In this document: in pieces, positions 59,350-64,000 of the stretch
Layout: every line of letters starts with the position of its first letter
Numbering within the stretch: position 1 is the stretch's first letter
Assembly: GCA_963774075.1 (NCBI GenBank)
Contig: CAVZDP010000005.1
Coordinates: 528,608-592,607, forward strand
Direction: 5' to 3'
Length of the DNA: 64,000 nt
Source of the DNA: an uncultured Solirubrobacterales bacterium
GTDB lineage: Bacteria; Actinomycetota; Thermoleophilia; Solirubrobacterales; JBBDJG01
Program-made: the position numbers and the translations under genes
Notes under the pieces: model-generated
What the model saw: only the letters and a program-made list of their open reading frames with translations
The model's database searches: none
Told to the model about the DNA's origin: nothing

Positions 59350-60156
59350 CTAACGGTCGCGAACCGTCTCTGTCGGCTCCGCGCGGTGAACTTCGCGACT
59401 CGCCTTCGGCGCTCCGCAGCAGATCATGTAGAGCGCTGTCTCGTCCGGCTCGAGGCCGAGCAGGCCGTTCAGCTCGTGGTCGTAGAAGCCGCCGATCGGA
59501 ACCACTCCGAGGCCAAGCGCAGCAGCGCAGAGGCAGAAGTTCTGCCCGAGGTGGCCCGCCTCGAGCAAGATGTGCCGGTAGCCGCGCTGCTCGTATCTCC
59601 ACATCGTCCGATCGAAGACGGCGGTGATGATGACGACGATGTTTGCGGCCTCTACCGTTTCTCGGTGGATCGCTACGTCGGCGAGCTGTGAATGCGTGAG
59701 ATCCCGATGCAATGCCACCAGCTCGTGCTCCCGAACCGAATAGTGATAGAGACCGTCGGGAATATCGGTAACCGAGCGGGTCGCTACGTAGACCTCGAGC
59801 GGATACTGCCCACCCGCTGAGGGAAAGGGCCTCTCCGCAACCGCCTCGCCTCCAGTCTCGTGATACGCGCGAACGCCAAAGCTTGCGTGAAGGAGGCGTC
59901 CCGCTACTTGGCTCTCAATCGCCGTCGGCTCGAAGAGGCGGGTTGACTTCCTATCCCGAAGCAGTTGTCCGAGCGAAGCGTCCAGCTCGAAATCTCGCCC
60001 AGGTAGCGCGTAGCGCTCATCACCCGGATGGATACGAAACGGCGGCGGGGCGTCGGCCAGGTCGGGGTCGTCGTGTCTGCGTCCGGAGCTGCCTCGCACT
60101 AACTTGGAGTGTTCGTGATAGACGCGTGCGATGTCGGGGTCGACGTACCTAGTCAT
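59350..60156 (-). CDS. SagB-type FMN-dependent dehydrogenase (azoline oxidase type)
   Basis: RDRKSTRLF, PFPSAGGQYPLEVYV and the nitroreductase-fold C-terminus RHILLEAGHLGQN...VPIGGFYD. Starts 21 nt after the cyclodehydratase stop. Confidence 0.8.
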   Translation of the reverse strand: MTRYVDPDIARVYHEHSKLVRGSSGRRHDDPDLADAPPPFRIHPGDERYALPGRDFELDASLGQLLRDRKSTRLFEPTAIESQVAGRLLHASFGVRAYHETGGEAVAERPFPSAGGQYPLEVYVATRSVTDIPDGLYHYSVREHELVALHRDLTHSQLADVAIHRETVEAANIVVIITAVFDRTMWRYEQRGYRHILLEAGHLGQNFCLCAAALGLGVVPIGGFYDHELNGLLGLEPDETALYMICCGAPKASREVHRAEPTETVRDR

Positions 60157-60177
60157 CGACGTACTACCGATACCCGG

Positions 60178-62535
60178 TCACCCAACAGGGTGTGGATCGG
60201 GATTGAGCTGCCCAGCCGCCAGGGCCTGCAGTCGTCGGTTGCCGAGTGGCTCCTGGCGAAAGCCGAAAGAGATTTGCTGGATACCCGCGCCGACCGCGCG
60301 CGCGACCCGGAAGGGACTCTCGGCTACGTCGGGGGCGGTTACATCGACGACGGCGAGCCGGAGCTCGGATCGCTCCGAAAGCGCGTTCAGACCAGACAGC
60401 GAGGCTATCGGTGGCTCTGGCAGCGAGCAAAGTTCGACCGGTTGTCTCGCGGTCTTCCTCCAGAAGTCGAGCGATTCAGCTCGTTCGGAGGGGACGTAGT
60501 AGGTCATGTGGTCGATCTCGCTGCGAACCTCCTCCGGGCTTCCGGGGATCTCCACGTTGCCTGCTCGCATGGCACGGCGCAGGCTGAGACCTGCCTGTGC
60601 CTGCTCCAGCATCGCCTTTCTCACCGCCGCTACCGGACTTAGGTGTGAGCCCATGCCAACGACTACTCCTGGCCAATGCTCGCCGTCCCCGGAAGAAACG
60701 CAGGCCACAACCGAGATAGGGGCCGCGACATCTAGGAGATAGAACTCTAGGGGGCCCGCATGGCGTTCGAGCTGACGGAGAGCCTCGGCAGCGACGCCTT
60801 CCAGGCTCTCCCGGACTGCCAGAGGCCGTGGTGGAGACATCGAGAGCCACGTCAGCGTAAAGCTGTCGCGCTCGAGCAGCTCAAGCGCAGCTCGCGAAGC
60901 CGCATCGTCGATGCTCGCTCCCGCGGCAAGACCACTCGTCGTGACGGCGCAGAAGGTTTCGGCGGCCGGTGCAGGGTAGTGCAGGTACGCCACGAGGGCA
61001 GGCACCCAAACCGGCGCGCCGTCGTCGAGCCACCGGCCCCGAACCCAGTCGATCGGTCGACCAGGATCGAAACGGGCGTACGGGAAGTCGGGGTCGGCGT
61101 ACTGCTCATCCGAATACAGGGTTAGGTCGCGCGGGTCGAGCACATCGCCGTCGAGCTCATCAAGCGCGGCTCTACACACCGTTTCCGGCCATTGACAGGC
61201 CGAGTAGCGCTCGATTGCCTCTCCGACGGCGGAGAGCGCCGCATCAACCCTCGTGAGGCCTTTGCCGAATCCGAGCTCCGGTTGCCATTCACGGTGTCGA
61301 GTCTGACTGTAAGTGGACAAGATCGCGTAAGAGAAGAACGGAAGCTGCGGCTCGTTGACCTTCGGCCTGGGGACAGCCAGCCTGTTCACGATGCCGACAC
61401 GCGAGTCGACACATCCGTGCAGGAGATCGCGAAGCTCCCCGGGTTCTGTGACCCTGTCGAGATTCGGGGCCTTCCTTTCTTGTCGCGTCTCGACGGGCCT
61501 CTGGGCCCCCGTTATGGACGGATCGCCCGCAGGCGGCGCTGACGGCGAGCCTGCTCGGGACCAGACCTGCGCTTGCCCGCAGATCTCGCACCACGGAACC
61601 CGCACGACTGTGTGGAGTGCAGATTCAGGGTCAATCAGGTCGTGGATAAGTACGCGACCGACGAGCGGCGATGCGCCGGCGACGAGAAACTTCACTGCTT
61701 CGAGGGCAACGAGCTGCCCCACCAGTGGGGGCATCGACGCCAGGTACGCGCGCGGGCGTAACGGCGCAGGATTCTGAAGCACAGCCTCTTGGAAGTTGCG
61801 TTCATCCTCCGGCTGAGAGACGTTCGCCGCCTGCCGCAGCCGGAAGCAGTTCCAGCAGGCGGTCTGCCCTGGGATCACGAGCGGCCCGACGATCGCCTCC
61901 CTTCCCTGCAGGTAGCCGGACAGGGAGCGGGCTCCAGCCTCATGGCAGATCCGAGCAAGAGTAAGCCAGGCCTTGAGCTCATCTGGCGCGAGCGCTCCGA
62001 TCACGAGACTGCACTCATCTCCGGGCAGATTCAGCTCCTCAAATGGCCCCGTCACTAGCTCAGTCGAAGCTGCTCTGTGGCTGAGGACGTCGGCCAGCGC
62101 CTCGACCCGTGGCCTACCGCAATCGCCCGACGAAAAGACGCGGCTCCCGAGCAGATCGTCCTCGCCTACGAGACCGTCGTCGAAAAGGTGGAGGTGGCCG
62201 ACCGCGGAGGCTGCAAGCTCAGAGGCGAGGACAACGCCCCACGGCTCCAAGCCAACAACCACGACGCGCGCCCGCCGCAGCACTTCCATTTGGTCGTTGC
62301 CTTGACCACTCCAGGCCGCGAGGAACCGCTCTTGCGCGCGCCAAAGCGAGTCCCCCTCGCCTACCCGCTCCACGAAGCCCTGTTGCTCGAGGTTCGCAAG
62401 GAGCTCGATTACGGAATCTGCGTCGTACTCCGGCAGGTGCGTCGCGATCTCCTCGGCACCAAGGCTGCCGTCGAGCAATGGGAGGAGCGACTTGGCAGCA
62501 TCGACGTCTTCGCCCTCGAGGCGAAGCATCGCCAA
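60178..62535 (-). CDS. fused RiPP cyclodehydratase: N-terminal wHTH-like segment, E1/ThiF-like domain and YcaO domain
   Basis: E1-like part ARVVVVGLEPWGVVLASELAASAVGHLHLFDDG with QTACWNCF. YcaO part GFGKGLTRVDAALSAVGEAIERYSA, CAVTTSGLAAGAS and AALELLERDSFTLTW. The start is TTG at 62535 or ATG at 62529. Confidence 0.8.
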   Translation of the reverse strand: MAMLRLEGEDVDAAKSLLPLLDGSLGAEEIATHLPEYDADSVIELLANLEQQGFVERVGEGDSLWRAQERFLAAWSGQGNDQMEVLRRARVVVVGLEPWGVVLASELAASAVGHLHLFDDGLVGEDDLLGSRVFSSGDCGRPRVEALADVLSHRAASTELVTGPFEELNLPGDECSLVIGALAPDELKAWLTLARICHEAGARSLSGYLQGREAIVGPLVIPGQTACWNCFRLRQAANVSQPEDERNFQEAVLQNPAPLRPRAYLASMPPLVGQLVALEAVKFLVAGASPLVGRVLIHDLIDPESALHTVVRVPWCEICGQAQVWSRAGSPSAPPAGDPSITGAQRPVETRQERKAPNLDRVTEPGELRDLLHGCVDSRVGIVNRLAVPRPKVNEPQLPFFSYAILSTYSQTRHREWQPELGFGKGLTRVDAALSAVGEAIERYSACQWPETVCRAALDELDGDVLDPRDLTLYSDEQYADPDFPYARFDPGRPIDWVRGRWLDDGAPVWVPALVAYLHYPAPAAETFCAVTTSGLAAGASIDDAASRAALELLERDSFTLTWLSMSPPRPLAVRESLEGVAAEALRQLERHAGPLEFYLLDVAAPISVVACVSSGDGEHWPGVVVGMGSHLSPVAAVRKAMLEQAQAGLSLRRAMRAGNVEIPGSPEEVRSEIDHMTYYVPSERAESLDFWRKTARQPVELCSLPEPPIASLSGLNALSERSELRLAVVDVTAPDVAESPFRVARAVGAGIQQISFGFRQEPLGNRRLQALAAGQLNPDPHPVG

Positions 62536-62610
62536 GTCTGAACGCAGAAGGATGCCCTCGCTAGTGGGGACGACGATCGCGGCGAGCTTCAGGCGAGAGG
62601 CGGGCGTAGA

Positions 62611-62721
62611 TCATCCTCCCGACGAAAACGAAAGGCTCAAAACCGATCTCGACGGCGACACCAGCGTCACGGGGTGAGCGTGACCGACAACCGCCGCCGC
62701 GACGGTGCGCGTGCTGGACAT
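62611..62721 (-). CDS. speculative 36-aa Ser-rich ORF just upstream of the cyclodehydratase
   Basis: MSSTRTVAAAVVGHAHPVTLVSPSRSVLSLSFSSGG. Its TGA is in frame with the downstream cyclodehydratase ORF. No SD. Confidence 0.15.
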   Translation of the reverse strand: MSSTRTVAAAVVGHAHPVTLVSPSRSVLSLSFSSGG

Positions 62722-62823
62722 CGCGGCCAAGTGTAAGTGCGCGCCCGCCCCGCGCGCTGCCCGCGCTAATTCGCAGGACCAGCGCTGGCTAGTAGCGGTG
62801 GAGAGCCAGGCGGCTAAAGCGAG

Positions 62824-63120
62824 TTAGCCCGGCGTGATACCTGGGGGCGGCTTAAAGCAAGACGGCTCTGGACTCCCGAGGCAGCCTGGCGCTGGCAGCC
62901 CCGGCCAACGCCCCGCGAAAAACTTCGAATCCGAGAACGGAGGCACGTCCAGGTGCCCGATTGGGTGTGGTCCGAAAGTCGGATCGTTGAATGGCGGGGG
63001 TTTGGCGCACTCGGTCGGCGTAACACCGCCCTGAGCGGCGGGCGCCGCTGCCATCCCCAACGCCGCGCTTACCACGGTCGCAGAGATCATGAGTCGCTTC
63101 TTGGAGTTCTTGGGCGGCAC
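62824..63120 (-). CDS. RiPP precursor-like small secreted Pro-rich protein, paralog 3
   Basis: GTG start 6 nt after AGGAGG. MPPKNSKKRLMISATVVSAALGMAAAPAAQG, then ...KPPPFNDPTF...VPPFSDSKFF...PEPSCFKPPPGITPG. Confidence 0.7.
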   Translation of the reverse strand: MPPKNSKKRLMISATVVSAALGMAAAPAAQGGVTPTECAKPPPFNDPTFGPHPIGHLDVPPFSDSKFFAGRWPGLPAPGCLGSPEPSCFKPPPGITPG

Positions 63121-63144
63121 AGCTCACCTCCTGTGAATTGGCAG

Positions 63145-63417
63145 CTAGACGGGCTCGATACCGGGCGGTGGCTTTGCGCAGCTCGGTTCGGGATGCGCGG
63201 GCGCCTTCGGGAAAAACTTCGGATCCGAGAACGGAGGCACGTTTAGATGCCCGACTGGCGTTGGCTGGAAGCTCGGATCTTGGAATGGCGGCGGTTTGAT
63301 GTGCCCGACCGGCACGATGATGGCCTCGGCTGCCGGCGCCGCCGCTGCCATCCCCAAAGCCGCGCTCACCACGGTCGCGGAGATCATGAGTCGCTTCTTG
63401 GAGTTCTTGGGTGGCAT
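63145..63417 (-). CDS. RiPP precursor-like small secreted Pro-rich protein, paralog 2
   Basis: ATG after ACGAGG. The first 26 aa are identical to the other two, and the body ends in HPEPSCAKPPPGIEPV. Confidence 0.7.
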   Translation of the reverse strand: MPPKNSKKRLMISATVVSAALGMAAAAPAAEAIIVPVGHIKPPPFQDPSFQPTPVGHLNVPPFSDPKFFPKAPAHPEPSCAKPPPGIEPV

Positions 63418-63447
63418 GCTTACCTCGTGTGAAGAGCTAGTTAAGGG

Positions 63448-63735
63448 TTAGACGGGCTCGATACCGGGCGGCGGCTTCAAGCAGCTCGGGGCCGGATGCG
63501 CGCAGCTCGTCGGGTGTGGCCAGCGCCCTTCGAAGAACTTCGGATCCGAGAACGGAGGCACGTTCAGATGCCCGACTGGCTCTGGTTGGAAGCTCGGATC
63601 ATTGAACGGCGGCGGTTTGGCGTGCCCGATCGGCGTGACCTGAGCATCGACTGCCGGCGCCGCTGCCATTCCCAACGCCGCGCTCACCACGGTCGCGGAG
63701 ATCATGAGTCGCTTCTTGGAGTTCTTGGGTGGCAC
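63448..63735 (-). CDS. RiPP precursor-like small secreted Pro-rich protein, paralog 1
   Basis: GTG start 6 nt after AGGAGG. The first 26 aa are identical to the other two, and the body ends in PTSCAHPAPSCLKPPPGIEPV. Confidence 0.7.
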   Translation of the reverse strand: MPPKNSKKRLMISATVVSAALGMAAAPAVDAQVTPIGHAKPPPFNDPSFQPEPVGHLNVPPFSDPKFFEGRWPHPTSCAHPAPSCLKPPPGIEPV

Positions 63736-63817
63736 AGCTCACCTCCTGTGAGCACGCTGACCTCACCGGTTCTGCAAACGCGAGTAGATCAGCGGTCGAA
63801 AATCAAGTCAAGTACGG

Positions 63818-63847
63818 TGTCATCCGATCGGATGACAGCCGATCGGC
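63818..63847. promoter_or_regulatory. 20-bp perfect palindrome TGTCATCCGATCGGATGACA plus adjacent GCCGATCGGC, candidate operator
   Basis: Lies 83-112 nt upstream of the first precursor-like gene and next to a TTGACT (minus strand, 63806-63811). Both palindromes share a CCGATCGG core. Confidence 0.4.
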
Positions 63848-63947
63848 TACTTAAAGCATCAGCGATTGGGCAGCAGCAGCGTTCTGGTGCCCAAATCGAG
63901 CCGAAATCACCCCAATCCGGCCCTATTCGCGGGAGCGCCAAACAGCC

Positions 63948-63984
63948 GCAATCCCGCACCACAAGCGACGTAGCGCGGGATTGC
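63948..63984 (-). terminator. hairpin GCAATCCCGC-N17-GCGGGATTGC
   Basis: 10-bp perfect stem. On the minus strand it is followed by GGCTGTTTGG. It would insulate the precursor operon from the gene beyond the window. Confidence 0.35.
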
Positions 63985-64000
63985 GCCAACACTCAGACTC

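Larger units (their letters stand above)
62824..63750 (-). repeat. three tandem ~300-bp gene-plus-RBS repeat units
   Basis: Start-to-start spacing is 297 and 318 bp. The 5' ~80 nt of each unit are near-identical and the 3' ends share GACGGGCTCGATACCGGGCGG. Confidence 0.8.

Noticed and set aside
62824-63750. Tandem ~300-bp repeats considered as a CRISPR or other non-coding array
   Set aside because: The units are far longer than CRISPR repeats. Each contains an SD and an intact ORF with synonymous-only variation in the leader, so they are duplicated genes.
63789-63992. 67-aa minus-strand ORF at the window edge
   Set aside because: It spans the palindromic operator candidates and a terminator-like hairpin, and has no SD or motif. 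The region is probably regulatory DNA.

Overview
Visibly high-GC, actinobacterial-type chromosomal segment. Long antisense shadow ORFs are common, so calls rest on protein motifs, Shine-Dalgarno (SD) sites and gene coupling. (1) 1-10.06 kb is a tail-less HK97-type phage-like island: excisionase-like HTH, P-loop replication protein, HNH, inverted TerL, portal, frameshifted protease-capsid fusion and a connector. It carries a TolB-like cargo gene and abuts an initiator-like tRNA-Met. (2) 10-31 kb holds metabolic and accessory genes, including an SOS mutagenesis cassette (imuB, small ORF, dnaE2) with a LexA box at the imuB start, plus a sulfatase, Ppx/GppA, an adenylate cyclase fusion, a TPP enzyme and mobA. 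(3) 29-55 kb is rich in signalling genes: an HD-GYP regulator, an ECF sigma factor fused to a zinc anti-sigma domain, a multi-PAS kinase with two response regulators, a GAF-PAS kinase with an OmpR regulator, and two GGDEF-EAL proteins. (4) The most interesting locus is at 59.3-63.8 kb on the minus strand. A compact RiPP-type operon (fused E1-like/YcaO cyclodehydratase plus SagB dehydrogenase) is preceded by three tandem paralogous small genes. Their N-termini look like Sec signal peptides and their Pro-rich bodies end in a conserved PSC-x-KPPPGI motif. No protease or transporter gene lies next to them. Five tRNAs were read directly from the sequence: Met-CAT, Leu-TAA, Ser-CGA, Ser-GGA and Val-CAC. 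There is also a 3-copy REP-like hairpin motif and a Cys-rich secreted domain shared by two distant genes. No rRNA genes or CRISPR arrays were seen. All homology statements come from motif recognition by eye, not from database searches.
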